From contig JBHGNT010000016.1 in NCBI GenBank assembly GCA_043228905.1, positions 17,298,001 to 17,362,000 of the forward strand: 64,000 bases of DNA, read 5' to 3'. Positions 22,307-35,600 of the stretch are shown one piece after another; position 1 is the stretch's first letter; every line of letters begins with the position of its first letter. The notes under the pieces are model-generated. The model saw nothing but the letters and a program-made list of their open reading frames with translations. It was not told the DNA's origin and searched no databases. The position numbers and the translations under genes were made by a program. This DNA is from Azolla caroliniana (lineage: Eukaryota > Plantae > Polypodiophyta).

Positions 22307-24000
22307 CCTTGATATTCACATTTTGTGACACAAGTGGGTGTACAAGCTGAAACCGGGAGACGTCGGAAATCCACCAAGGTACAAGGCCTGGATTGTGGTG
22401 AAGGTTTTCCAGCAGAGGAAAGGAGTGGACTTCTATGAGATCTTTGCGCTGGTAGTATAGATGACATGCATTCAAACTGTGTTGAGCATAGCGGCAAGCA
22501 GGGACCTCGAGGTTGAACAACTCGATGTCAAGACAACATTCCTCCACGGGGGCCTCGAGGAGGAGATCTACATGCAGCAACCAGAGGGATTCATGAAGAA
22601 GGGGAAGGAGCACTTGGTATGTTGGTTGAAGAAGAGCTTATACGGACTGAAGCAAGCTCCCCGACAATGGTACAGGAAGTTCGACTCCTTCATGACCGAC
22701 CAAGGGTAACACAAGACACAAGCCGATCACTACGTGTTTGTGAAGAAATTTGACGGAGAAGACTTCCTGATACTCCTCCTATATATGGATGACATGTTGA
22801 TCGTCAGACCGGACTGAACCAAAATCGGGATGCTGAAGAAGGCCTTGAACCGGAACTTCTCTATGAAAGACTTGGGTCTGGTAAGATAGATACTGGGGAT
22901 GCACATAGTCTGGGACCGGACGAAGAAGCTATTGTGGTTGTCACAAGAGAAGTACATGACAAAGGTGCTCCAACGGTTCAACATGTCGGATGCGAAGCCG
23001 ATTGGGTTGACACTTCCGGCAAACTGCAAGTTGTCCAGAAAGCAGAGCCTGAAGACAAAGGTAGAGATGTCAGATATGATGAAGATACCACATGCCTCTA
23101 CCGTTGGAAGCTTGATGTACGCGATGGTGTACACCCGACCATATATCGGATACGTAGTTGGAGTGGTCAGCCGGTTGATGAGCAATCCGGGAAGAGAACA
23201 TTGGAATACAGTCAAGTGGATACTTCGGTACTTGAAAGGCACCTCGAATATGTGTCTCCGATTTGGCTCAAGTAAACCCGAGCAGGAAGGCTTTACGGAT
23301 TCGGACATGTTGACTGATGTGGATACCAGCCGGTCTACATCTGGATACGTCATGACATATGTAGGGGGAGCCATGTCGTGGCAATAGAGGCTGCAGAAAT
23401 CCATTGCACTATCAACAACAGAAGCGGAGTACATAACAGCTGTAGAAGTTGGCAAGGAAGTAATTTGGATGAAGGACTTCATCGGAAAGCTAGGAATACG
23501 AGAGGAGGAATATCGGCTCTACTGCGATAGCCAAAGTGCCATCCATCTTTCAATGAACGCAACCTATCATTCCCAAACCAAGCACATCGAGAGAAGATAT
23601 CACTAGCTCCGGAAGAAGGTAGAAGATCAAGACTTCGTGCTGAAGAAGATCCACACGGAGGAGAAGGGGTCGGACATGCTGACCAAGGTGCTGGTAGCCG
23701 ACAAACTGAACACGTGCCAGAGACGGATCGGGTTGACAAGACATTCCATGCCACAATGAAGGGGGAGTTTGTTGGGAATTCGGTCCGTCCAAATGGGAAC
23801 CAGATGAGAACCGGATGAGCCAAAGGAAGGAACCAGACCGGATGGATCTTGTGTGAACCGGATCCATGAATATATCTGTAAATACGTTTCTAGTGTGCTT
23901 GTAAAGGCTATATTTGTAAATAGTCCTAAAGTCATATAAGTATAAATATGACTTAGGGAAACCACAATGTAACAATATATGTGAGATAGTAGTTGTTGTG

Positions 24001-24031
<31 letters not shown>

Positions 24032-24302
24032 GAGAAGTTGAACCAGTTTCTTTTGTAACCGCCGGTTGACGAAGATACAAAGGTCGAGGTAGTTGACTCT
24101 GAGTCTCCCATTGTACTCTTTTTCTCCTATAGTGACAGTAGGAGTCTGTGGGATCCTGTGGTTTTCCCTATTAGGGTTTTCCATGTAAATATCATGTGCC
24201 CTCTATTGTTATTTCTATAAGTGCATTAATCTCCATTTCTGTTTTGGTTTTGTCCTTCCATTAATTGTTTGAGTCTCAGTTGTGGCCAAGCGCTATTCCG
24301 CA

Positions 24303-24825
24303 CGTTTTGAAGCATTGATCTGGGAGTGGCTTCGTCAGGCAATCGGTGATGTTCACCTCAGTGTTGATCTTCCAGATTTTGAGCTTCTTTTCGGTTATTA
24401 GCTCTCGGATGTGATGATACCGCACCTCAATGTGTTTCTTCTTCACGTGAAAGACGGGGTTGTTGATGAGGTGCATTGTGCTTTGTGAGTTGCAATAGAT
24501 GGTTGACACTAGTCGCTCGGTTTGATTCGTAGCCGAAAAATCGGTAGTTTGTCGGTGCAGCCAGATCACTTCCTTCGCTGCCTCTGGCATTTCTATGTAC
24601 TCGGCCTTTTTGGTCGATAGGGCCGAGCACTGTTGGAGTTTTGACCTCCATGATATAGCGTCACCATCATAGGAGAAGATGTAGCCTGATGTCGACATCT
24701 GATTATCCGGATTTCGAGCATAGTCGGAGTCGGTGTAGCCTTCGACTTCGATCGATCTTTCCGAACAGAAAGTCAAATGTGCATATTCAATCGATCTTTC
24801 CAAATTGAAAGTCAAATGCACTCAC
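24303..24825 (-). mobile_element. Old copia RNase H fragment (target of the copia ending at ~24302)
   Basis: GYTDSDYA..STSGYIF..AISWRSKLQ..AEY..KHIEVRYH..DCLTKPL. Confidence 0.85.
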
Positions 24826-26619
24826 GTCTTGGCCGTATTAAATTTACTAAGAATGTCACGAATGGGTTAGTGTTTTGACGGTAGATACATTTAGAACATA
24901 TAAAAGAGAGCGTCTAGGTGATCACAACTATGAGAAAGAGGACAAAGTGCTCTAACATAGATTATGAGACAAAGACAGGAATCATGGTTGAAGAAGAAAA
25001 ACTAAAGAGGCCCAAAAGTTATTTTTATAGTTCTTTTACAAAGAGATTATTCCGTTTCACATTAGGGTGTCCATTTGCATTAAACCTCTATAGTTAACTC
25101 AAAATTTCTCCCCGAGTTTAGGTCTTAGACTTGCAATTCGATGATAAGAATGCCAATGTTTTCAATGCCCTAATATAGCGGGTCCAGACTCTTGGGTATA
25201 CACTGCCAAGCCTTTGTCCAAAAGGGCTGATGAGGGTGCTAGAGGAAAGGGAAAAAGAAGGGTTGAGGCAAAGGTTGACATGGTGGGAAGATAATCAAAT
25301 AGGAGAAGACGGTGGATGGTGTGAGATAGAGGGTATGGAGGATATGGAGAGAAGTGGTTGATGTGGGGTATTGTGAAGAAAGCAAGAAGAATGATGGTGG
25401 ACTAGTGTGATCCAGTTGAATAATGGTGAATATGTCCTAGAAATCTCAAAAATATCCTTGGCCATTTGTTGAAAAATTGCTAGCACTCTTTTGTGAGCGA
25501 AAATGCATAAATGTACATTCAAAATGTCCATATCAAGTGTGAAATATAGTATTCCAATTAACGTTCAGACAAATCAGAAGTAGATTATATACTCAAAGAT
25601 CAACCTTTGTGAAGTGTTTAGCTCAAAAAGGGTTGAGATGATAGGGAAGGTATACCAATTTGGAATTGTGCATTTATTTAATCCTCGATTATGTATGACC
25701 AATCTTTCTTCTAAACAAAGAATATTAGTATAACAACAAAAGATCTAGAATGTCGAATGAACCCATTTGCCAATTTTGTTTGATATATTGTTGGATAACT
25801 TTAAGTCCTGGTAGCATTAATGTTATAAAGCGGTTGAAGATCAATTCAACAACCATATGGTTGATGTTATGAGAGCGAACTAGCATCTTTCTTAGCAAAG
25901 AACTATTTGACTTCTTGATTCTTGATTGGAAGTTACGTGGACTCCTACGTTTGTGGACTAGGCAATGACATTTTTATGACCATATATATAAACATTTCTT
26001 TTGCATAGGTCAACCAACCCTCTCTTCTTTTTGCACATTTCTTTCTCACTTACTTCATAACAAAAACGTATCTTATTGACAATGTGCCACACTTATATCG
26101 ACTTACATTTTGCTTATGTACAATTGGTGACAGTTTGAAATTGTATCATTTTCTTGTTTAAGTATTAATTGAATTTCATTGTTTGTGTCTCCCTTTCTAT
26201 GTTTTTGTTGAATATTCATTCAGAACTCAAAGATGTACACCCTGCTTGCTTATATTGAAAAGTGGCAACAACTTGATATTCAAAGGTGCTAGAGAGATTT
26301 ATATTGAAAGGCAAAAAGTAGTCTAAGAATGGTTCTATATGCAAACGCTTTGTACAAGACGGAGGAGATTCAATTCAATGTTTCTTAGAGGAACAAAATT
26401 CAATTCAATGTTGTTGTGGAAGTTTTTCCAATAAAGCGGAACCCACAACTAAATGTCTATAAGTCCAAAGGTAGGGGCTATTTGCGTCATTGTTGCACTA
26501 CCTTTTATCTGTTGTTCCTATGCCACTACCAAGGAGTAGCATAAGAAAATAAATGAAATAAAAAACCTTTCCTCTTTTTGGCTGAAAATATCAGAAAAAC
26601 AATGTGAAAGAAACACACA

Positions 26620-27006
26620 GAGACTAAGGAAAATCAAAGAGAGAGAGAGAGAGTAATATCGATCAAAAAGGACACAAGGGACAGAAGTGAAGGAATCTTG
26701 AGACACTGTTCATCTCAACAAGCACCACAACAGACTTCTATTATCTATGGAAGACTTCGCTTCTCCATCAATTTCACGCATTGCTCACATATACATGTAA
26801 ATCTTCATACCTTCTTCTTAGTGCTAAGTCAAGGTAGAAGCAAGACAACAAGAAACTCATATCGAGGGCGGTTCATGAGGTGCTCCAAACATCCATAGAT
26901 GCTAATATCCTTTGCTTCTACATGTATGGTGAAAATGTTTTTCACTTCAAACCAAGTTTGTCGTAAAGTTGATGGTTCAATGTTTCCACCATGACAGTGA
27001 AGAAAT
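26620..27006. repeat. Dispersed repeat of unknown class, copy 1 (similar to 39420-39796)
   Basis: Colinear blocks such as ACTTCTATTATCT, AAATCTTCATAC, TTCTTAGTGCTAAGTCAAG, ATGTATGGTGAAAAT and AAACCAAGTTTG are shared with 39420-39796. Confidence 0.75.
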
Positions 27007-27879
27007 TGTTGGGGAAGCACAAGAAAATACTACACTTCGACACGGAAGCTAACAAATCTTTTCCCCATTTGTGTTGTAAAATAGAAGATAGTAATAAAAA
27101 AACCAAAACTAATCTTGATAGCAATTCAACAAGAAACTCCACACTTGAACACTAACAAGATCAAAGAGACACTAGATTTACGTGGAAAAGCCCGATGTGG
27201 GGGAAAACCAAGAGCCCGTTCACAATGGCAACAAATTCCACTAATAAACAATAATCTAGTGGGTACAACAGGTTTTTATCTCTAGTTCAAAACTAGAGGC
27301 TTTACAATCTTCAAGTTAAGTCCTTGGATCAACAAATCATCATAAATAGTGACAAACTTCATAAATTCAAATATTCCGATCAGAGCAGAATCTACGAAGA
27401 TAGAGAGATAAAAATCAATAATCCAACAATTGGATTTGAAGAGATAGTATCAAGAACAAGTCATTAAACTTTGGCCATGATTGGAGGTCGTTTGGTCATC
27501 GATTGGAGCAAGACTAGTAGTAGGCTACTCTAAATCTATCTTCTATCCCTCTCTCTCTTTTCTTTCTTTTTCCTTGTTCTTTTTACTGTATTCTCAGAAA
27601 ATAGAAATAGTAATTGTAAAGAATCAAGAGTGATTATGTACAGTGGAAGGACTATGTGTGTGTGTGTGTGCACGTGAAACAAGAGAGAGAGTGAGTGAGA
27701 GAGAACTATAACAAGAAACTATATATTACATCCAACAGTAACCGAGTTACAAAAAGGTTGGTTTAAGTACCAACTAGGCTAGGGCAAGTGCCCTTTCAAC
27801 TATTTACAAAACTAGCATGGTATGTCCATGAGCTAGTGTGAAAACTATCTCTTTGGGAAGTTCAGTTCGACTCTCAACA
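27007..27879 (-). mobile_element. Probable copia-type LTR remnant
   Basis: TGTTG start and TCAACA end, followed by a pyrimidine tract. It contains TTTACGTGGAAAAGCCC..GGAAAACCA, the reverse of the U5 motif in the other copia LTRs here. No TSD was found. Confidence 0.5.
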
Positions 27880-28678
27880 CGCCCCTTCGAACACAACTTC
27901 CATCTGTCAAAATTTTGTTTTGGTTCGGTCTTCAAAGTTCATCTTCCGGCTTTCGTAATCCTCCAACTCATAGTTAAAACGCCCTAATAGTAACAACGTT
28001 GGTAGTGCCTTTATATAGAATACCACCAATACACTTACGGTTTCCTTCGCATGAAGGAAACCATATTCCTAAGAAGTACTAACTATTTATATATATTAAT
28101 ATATTAATTTTTGCTTGATATTTTCCACAGTATTTCCATATATTTATATGATGTCTTGCTACTGAATATCGATTTCCTCGACTTACTCGTCATTGTCGAG
28201 CTGGCTCCATATTTCCAAGACTTTGCATCGGCTTCCCATTGATGCATGTCCTGCTCTAGCTCTAGCTCTTCTAACCCCATCTTCTCACTTGGAATTAAGA
28301 AACCCATTTGTTGGTAATCATCAATGGGGGCATGGGGTATGACATCCACCTTCCCTTCCGGCATCTGCACCACATTGCTCATGCTTGGCCGGCTCCTGGG
28401 ATTGCTTTGGACGCACAACATGGCCACCTGCACCATCCTCATGGCTTGCTCCTTGTCGTATATCTTCATACCGATTCCGTGGTTCATGAGCTTCTCATCC
28501 ACCAGCTCCATCACACCTTCTCCATGATTTGATCACATTTCCCGCCTTTTCCTCAATGGCCTCCAATCTTTCACTCTCCTCCCGCTCACAATCTCGAGCA
28601 ACATAATCCCGTAGCCGTATACATCACACTTCACACTTCTCCGTGATGGCTACCTCTGTTAGCCACTCGGGAGCTAAG

Positions 28679-29434
28679 TGTAGGGAACTGCACGCTCCCT
28701 ATACGCAACGCTCGGCCATGATCGAGCTTAGAATCATACACAGAAAACGGGAAATAAAGCACGACACGAAGAAGAGAGGTGTACGCAGGATGTTTACGTG
28801 GAAAACCCAAACTAAGGGAAAAACCACGGTAGCCCACAGGCTGCAAACTATCACTATGTTAGAATGTACAACAGTGAGTTCACGGAGGCAACGACCTCGT
28901 GCTCACGATCCTCGCCACAAGCGGCGGTTACAACAGAGGCAACGACCTCTTTCTCTCTCTCTCTCACTGTACATAGTTACACGCTCTCTCTTTTCTTGCA
29001 CCAACAAGAATGACAACAACAATAGTCTAAAAGTTTGCCCTAAGTCATATTTATACTAATATGACTTTTTGGCTATTTACAAATATAGCCTCGATGGACT
29101 CTCAGAAACATATTTACGAATATGTCTCTTCATCCGGTGAGCATTCCTCACCGGGTCTGCACCATCCGGCTCTCCGTAGCCGGGTACTCCTCATCCGGTC
29201 TTCACCGGGTCTGCACCATCTGGCTCTCCGTAGCCGGGTACTCCTCATCCGGTCTTCACCGGGTCTGCACCATCTGGCTCTCCGTAGCCGGGTACTCCTC
29301 ATCCAGTCTTCACCGGGTCTGCACCATCCGGCTCTCCGTAGCCGGGTACTCCTCATCCGGTTTCGGCCTCAGCCGAGTTTGTTCATCGGCATTGTTCTTC
29401 TCCCTTCCCATCCGGAGGGACCTGTCTCCCAACA
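28679..29434 (-). mobile_element. Solo LTR of copia family A inserted in the kinase GTPEYL-APE motif
   Basis: TG..CA termini; TSD CTAAG at 28674-28678 and 29435-29439; clear similarity to LTR 3644-4259; internal 57-bp tandem repeat, about 4 copies. Confidence 0.95.
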
Positions 29435-30215
29435 CTAAGTACTCCGGGGTTCCCCTCATCATGTTCACCACCGCACTCTATTGGTCTCATACCGAAATCC
29501 GATATCTTTGGGAAGAACTCGACTCCCAGAAGTATATTCTACGGCTTTAGATCCAAGTGTATGATTTTGTCCTCACACTCTTCATGCAAGTAGGTCAAGA
29601 CTTTAGCAACACCCTAAGCTATTTTGAACCTGCATTGCCACGGCAAGATCGGTCCGGGCTTCTTATTGGCCATAATCTTCTCGGGTTCTGTAGTAAATTT
29701 GGACGTTTTACTGAAGATGCAAGCATCTAAAGAGCCGTTTTCGATGTATTCATACACGAGGAGCTTGTGCGTGGCACCTTCCAGGCAGAAGCCAACCAAG
29801 CGAACAAGTTGAAGATGGTGAGTCCGGCCCAAGATTGAAACCTCAGCTATGAACTCTTTGTTACCCTATTGACCTCCTTCGATGAGTTGCTTTACGGCTA
29901 TGAGCGTGCCATCCTCCATAGCTCCTCGAAAGACATTACCGAATCCACCGGCCCCAAGGGGTCCGAGAAACCACAAGTTTATTCCTACATCTCCTTTCAT
30001 GTGAATCGTCAGGCCTTCAAGCCCAGAAGTGAGTCGCCGAGGACCTCTTTTTCGATCTCATAATCTTCCAGTTTTCTGGCTTGTAATCTATCTCCTGCGC
30101 ACATGTCCTCCACCCACCAATACGGTGATGGCAAGCACAAAGACACCTACTAATACTCCTATTGCGATGTACGAATGAATACTGTTTGGAGTTGCACTCG
30201 GTGTATTGGGGGAGT

Positions 30216-30961
30216 TGACCGAAAAGCCCACTTGAAGCTGGTTGAAATCGGTCGAAAAGCCGAAACGAGAGTCGGCTGGTTGGCCAAAATCGGTCAAAAA
30301 GCTGAAACAAGAGTCAGTTGGCCGAATTCGATCAAAAAGCCAAAATGGGATTCGGTCGAATGGTATATATATATGTATTCATATATATGTATATGATATA
30401 ATGAGTTAGTATATATAGTGAGAGTCCAACTAACCACGTTTGTATGTGGGATAACTCATTGAGAGTAAAAACAGTGAGAGAAGTGCGAAAGTGAACTTAA
30501 GTGAGTAAGTGAGCGTGTGAGGTGTAGGTGAACGTGTTGCAAGAGTAGATCGACACAGAGAACGACACAGAGAACGATAGTGTGTAACATAGTAGTGGTT
30601 GTGCAAGTCACATATCTTAGAAGTTGAGCATGAGAGGAAACAAAGAAACGACAGTGAAATAGAGAAGAAGAGAAGCTTTGTAAGCTTCAAAAGTGACAGA
30701 TACCTACACGTTAGGGTTTGGTGCACTCGCTGAAATTGTGGTTTCAGATAACAACTTGAGAGTACATCCATACCAAATCAGGTTCAATCATTCCATGCTT
30801 GTATTTCTTCTTGTTTCATAGTGGAAATTTCTGTTCGTTGTGGTTTTACCCTGAAATCAGGGTTTTCCATGTAAATCGTGTGCTCCTTGTTTTTTGTTTT
30901 GTTTGTCTCTTTTGTTTGTGTCTCAATATATTAGTGGTTTATGTCTGAGTAAAATTTGTCA
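30216..30961 (+). mobile_element. Probable solo LTR between the PAN and TM parts of the kinase gene
   Basis: TGAC..GTCA termini, internal short repeats and the U5 motif GTGGTTTTACCC..GGGTTTTCCATGTAAA. The flanks GGAGT/GGCCT match only partly, so boundaries are approximate. Confidence 0.6.
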
Positions 30962-31533
30962 GGCCTTCCATGAATTTCAAGTATCGTATGAATTCTTCCT
31001 CAGTTGTAGAAGCATTGAATAAGACGTTGGCTATGGGACCTTGGATGAGGAAACAAGAACCATTGGGTTTCGACTCCCAGAATGCGGCCGTGCAACGTAG
31101 TTGCCCAGACAATGATTTTCTTAGTTGTCTTGAGCATCAATTCCGGTGTGGCGGTGTCTCTAATAACATAAGTAAATACTTATTCCCCATGATGACATGA
31201 AGTAGGTCTGGACAGCAGCAACAACCATGGCAATGCTTCCTATTCTTGGTAGTTAAACACTCCATCACCATGTCTCTCCTATACATATCACATACATGTA
31301 TAATATGGTCTCCTATATAACCCACATGTTTGAGTTAGAGGTTCAAAAAGTGCTCTTTGTATCCTCTTTGTAAATGTTTACTATGACTAAATGGTAATCC
31401 AAAATGATGCGTTAATTTTCGTTTGTTGTGATTTCTAACTTTTCGTGCATACTCATTCTCAACTGTTTGCTTTATTTTAAGATGTTTACATAAAATAGTT
31501 TGAAATTTGACTTTCTCACAACAATAACTCCAA

Positions 31534-32647
31534 CAATAACTCCCATTCGATGAGTGTCTCTGGGGTGTGCTTGACCAAATGTTGGTCAAGCACACCCCAG
31601 AGACACTCATCGAATGGGCTAGACAACCCTTATTTTGGAATCCTAAGGTGCGAACAAGCGATGACATGATGTTAGGGCAGCTTAAGGGCCTGGCATGGGG
31701 AAAGTTGGCGCAAACAGGGCTTCACTCTATAGACGATTGGAGACGCATGGTTTCTCCAAGGGGAGCCCAGGAGGACCCATTCCCTCCCCTCAAGGGAGCT
31801 ATGCGATAGCTGAGGCAGTTGATAGGGTTCCGTTGGGGACTATGCGAGAAGATGCATGGTTCGGTCTCTTTGATGAGGCTGGAATGGTTAAGTTGGTGAA
31901 GGGTGTGAGTCGATTGGGAAAAGATACATTTTTTGGGGAGAGGCAAAGTAGGGGCACTTGGCTTCCGGTTCGAATGGTGGCGGAGGTTGATAACATTTGG
32001 AAGACAGACCCAGATGTTACTAAGGTGGAACCCCATTGGAAGTTATGGGTATATGGTTCTCGTCCCCTCGTTGAACTAGAATGGGACCCAGGGGATTTCA
32101 GGTGGAAACATGGTGACAAACTCTGCCACTTCTTTGAATATAGCACTAAATTGGGGTGGACTTTACAATTGCAGCTCGCTGGTCCCATTCGTAATGGATG
32201 GCGAACATTGGGCATCCCTGACGAGGTGCTCATTACCTTTTGGAAGGGTCTTTGGCGTCTCCACATGCCTAAAAAAATCAAGCTCTTTTGGTGGCAGATT
32301 GGTCACAATGTGATTCTGTTGAGCGGCAAGCTCAACCGAAGCCGGATCGGCTGAATAAGCTGGAGCCGGTAAGCGAGACGGATCGGGCGAAACGGATCGG
32401 TATGACAGTGAGCAACCGAACCGGCAAGCAGTGGAGGCCGGGTGCAATCCGTAACCGGCAGTCCAATCGGAAGCCTAGAATAGGATAGACTACTAGGTAT
32501 CTATAGTCTCGTAGTAAGTGTCAGATGCTCGTGTGAGCATTGAAGTACATGGTACTTCTGTCAGTCCCAAGAGGACTTGTATAAATAGTGCTACTTAGCA
32601 CAGTGTGTATGAGTAGAGTCTTAATATAGTTTTGGAAATTACGTTCT

Positions 32648-32684
<37 letters not shown>

Positions 32685-35600
32685 TGTTCTCTGTTTTACA
32701 CTTCCGCAAACACTTACGTTTACATGGTATCAGAGCGCGAGGGTTGAGAACCTCTGCTGCAGACATTTACTCTTGAGAAGAAAACCCTAACAGGTCGAAA
32801 ACATACACAGTAGAAGACATGGATAGAGGCATGGCTACGTCGCTCCCGGTGGAAAAGCTCGACAGGAGCAACTATGCATCCTGGTCTTCCAAGATGCACC
32901 AGTACCTGCTTGGACACGGGTACTGGAGTTATGTCGAAGGAGCAAATGATGCGGCGCGAGACTCGGCACACAAGGACTTCCCGGTATGGGAACAGGCGGC
33001 AAGCAGGGTGATGTACTGCTTCGCATCCAGTGTCGGCGATCAGCTGCTCAGCCACATCCGTGACGCCAAGACACCGAAGGATGCTTGGGGGAACCTGAAA
33101 AAGGTTTTCGCCGCAAGCACCACTGCCCGGAAGCTGCAACTCAGACAGGAGTTGAGCAATGTTCAACAGAGGAACATGTCCGTGGCAGACTACACGGGCC
33201 GGAGAAAGGAGATTTGCAACTCACTCGCCTCTATCAATGTTACCGTAGAGGAAGACGAGATGGTGCAGGTATGTCTCGGAGGCCTAGCGTCCAAGTTCGG
33301 AGCGTTCCGGACTGCGGTGTGTACAAGGGAGAATACCCCCTCATTCTTCGACTTACAGTCGATGCTCCTTGTAGAGGAGAACCACGCCGGTGCATCTACC
33401 AGTGCATCCCTAGACAGCCGAATGCTGTACACGGGAACGGATCGGCACTGTGGGCGTGCTGGAAGAGGTGGGTCGTCACGCAATGGAGGCGGCCGACAAG
33501 AGCAGGAACGGAGGCACTATGAGTGTGCCGACAGCAGTTCCGGGACTTCCACAAGCAGGGGGAGTCAAGGCGGTGCCGGAGGCCGGCAAGACAAATCCGC
33601 TACAGAATGCTGGTACTGTGGCAAAAAAGGCCACAGGGAAAGCGAGTGTTGGAGAAAGCGTACCGATTCGGACAAATCCGGATCCGGCAAGACCGGTAAG
33701 GATGGCCGACAAAACTTGCACTACGCAAACGGATCAGGAGGATCCGGAACCGGAAAGGCCGGCAAGGGGCCAGCCTTGGTGATGAATCACAAGGCAAACT
33801 CAATGAAGAAGACCACTTCCAAAACGGAGGAAGTGTGGTATGTTGATTCCGGCGCGTCGAACCACATGACGAGCCACAAAGACTGGTTCTCCTTTCTGGA
33901 GAAACCGGATCAACCAGGAGTAGTCGAAACCGGAGACGACACTCCTCACCCAATTGTGCACGTCGGAGAAGTCCCTCTAAGCCACGTTGGTGTTCGTCGG
34001 TCAGATTGTCGACTAGGGGATGCAGGTGCGGTTTACGCACCTCGGGTGCTTCATTGAGGATGAGAGCGAAGTCATTGCGCAAGGGCGCAGAGACGGGAGG
34101 ATGTTTATCCTCGACACCAATGACGTTGGCACCGCTCTGTTCGCGAAATGACAGAAGGTGGAGTCGGACATCGACCTGTGGCACAAGCGGATAGGCCACG
34201 TCAACTACCGGAGGCTTCAAGATCTGCAAACGAAACAAGTCGTTTTCGGTTTGCCGAAGTTCAGCGGCCGGAGAGCCGAAATTTGTGAAGCCTGCCAACT
34301 TGGGAAGCAACACCGGCTTCCATTCCCCACCAAACGGAACCGGAGCCGTAACAAGCTCGATCTCATCCATTCGGATGTGTGGGGACCGGCACAAAGTGTA
34401 AGCCTTGGCGGGAGCCGATACTTTGTCTCCTTCATCGACGACTATACTCGGCATACTTGGATCTACCTCATTGAGCGGAAGAGCGAAGTCTTCGACTGTT
34501 TCCGGAGCCTCCAGAAGATGGTGGAACGGGAATCAGAGAGGAAGATCAAATGCCTTCGGTCGGATGGCGGAAAGGAATATTTTTCCAGCCAATTCACTAG
34601 TTATCTGCAGCAGAAGGGAATTCGGCGAGAGTTCAGCTGCAGATACACACCAGAGCAGAACGGTGTGGCCGAAAGGAAGAACCGGACACTCGTCGAAGCG
34701 GCAAGGACAATGCTGGAGGAGAAGAGCATGCCCCGGTTCTACTAGGCGGAGGCGGTCCGGACGGCCGTCTACATACAAAACCGCATTGGTGACAAGGTGT
34801 CAGCTCATGAGCTGTATTTCGGGCGCAAGCCGAACTTGAGACACCTTCGGATATTCGGCAGCATAACGTATGTGCATGTGCCGGATCAAAAGCGGAGAAA
34901 GCTAGATGCAAAATTGGAAAAATGCATTCTAGTCGGCTATGCTGAAGAGCAAAAGGGGTATAAGTGCTATAACCCCCGGACGAAGGAAGTCCGAGTTAGC
35001 CGGGATGTCGAGTTCGACGAATCGGCATCCTGGTACTCCGTACCGACTCCGACTTCCGATCCCGACCCAATGTCCGAAGATCAGGCCAGTGAGCCTGAAT
35101 CAGCCCTGGCAGAGGACGATGAAGCTGGGACTCAAGATGAGAGTCCGGAATCGTTACGGTTGAGTAGACCGAACGAGCGACTGAGTCGGTTGGACCAGTC
35201 GGATGAAGAGACGGCAAGTGGTGGAGACTCTGCCGTGCTCTCCCCGCGCAACGAACCGAGGAAACGGTTCACGCGCAAAGAGAAGGGGAAGAGGAAGATG
35301 CCGGAATTTGAAACCGGCAACGATGAGTCGGATCGGTGCGTATCCGACTCCGGAAGGGAGAAAGGCACATCTTCGGCAATGAAGACCAAACTGGCCAAGA
35401 AGGGCCTCAATTCAGGTGACGGTGCGTTGCGCCGATCAACCCGTCAAAAGGATCCCATCGTGCGGTACGGGTACAATGAATACATGACGCAGCATTATGC
35501 GTACATGACTAAGGTGACAGAAGTGCGCGAGCCGGAGAGCTACGTAGAAGCGGCAAAGGACACAAATTGGCGTGCCGCTATGGACGAAGAAATGCGGGCA

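Larger units (their letters stand above)
11071..22330 (-). mobile_element. Ty3/gypsy chromovirus (Tf1/sushi/Tcn1-like), full length, with a copia nested in its 5' LTR
   Basis: TSD CAAGT at 11066-11070 and 22331-22335; 3' LTR 11071-11485; 5' LTR 16233-16628 plus 22312-22330; PPT AAAGGAGGGGATGC; gag-PR-RT-RH-IN-chromodomain order. Confidence 0.95.
10290..24302 (+). mobile_element. Older family-A-related copia (IN 10290-11070, RT-RH 22331-23759, 3' LTR 23770 to ~24302), host of the PLE and of the chromovirus
   Basis: TYVINRSP..HLKVFG..CIFLGY; RT reads ..LQNK|WVYKLKPG across the gypsy insertion (TSD CAAGT); PPT GAAGGGGGAG then TGTTGGG at 23770. The LTR right end is approximate. Confidence 0.9.
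28104..31325 (-). pseudogene. S-domain (G-type lectin/PAN) receptor-like Ser/Thr kinase pseudogene, interrupted by two LTRs
   Basis: PAN-like CLGN..CTAAFWESKPNGSCFL..YLK (~30965-31120); TM YIAIGVLVGVFVLAITVLV; GGFGNVFRG..IAVKQL..EFIAEV; LVRLVGFCLEG..LLVYEY..GSL; YLHEECEDKIIHLDLKP*NILL..KISDFG; RGTPEYL|APEW; DVYGYG..LLEIVSGRR; AMLCVQ..RPSMSNVVQM. No introns are evident. Confidence 0.9.

Noticed and set aside
25227-25250. Second hammerhead candidate CTGATGAGGGTGCTAGAGGAAA
   Set aside because: No stem II pairing and no stem I or III support.
24826-26620. Possible gene or DNA transposon in AT-rich interval
   Set aside because: I could recognise no ORF, terminal inverted repeats or conserved motifs.
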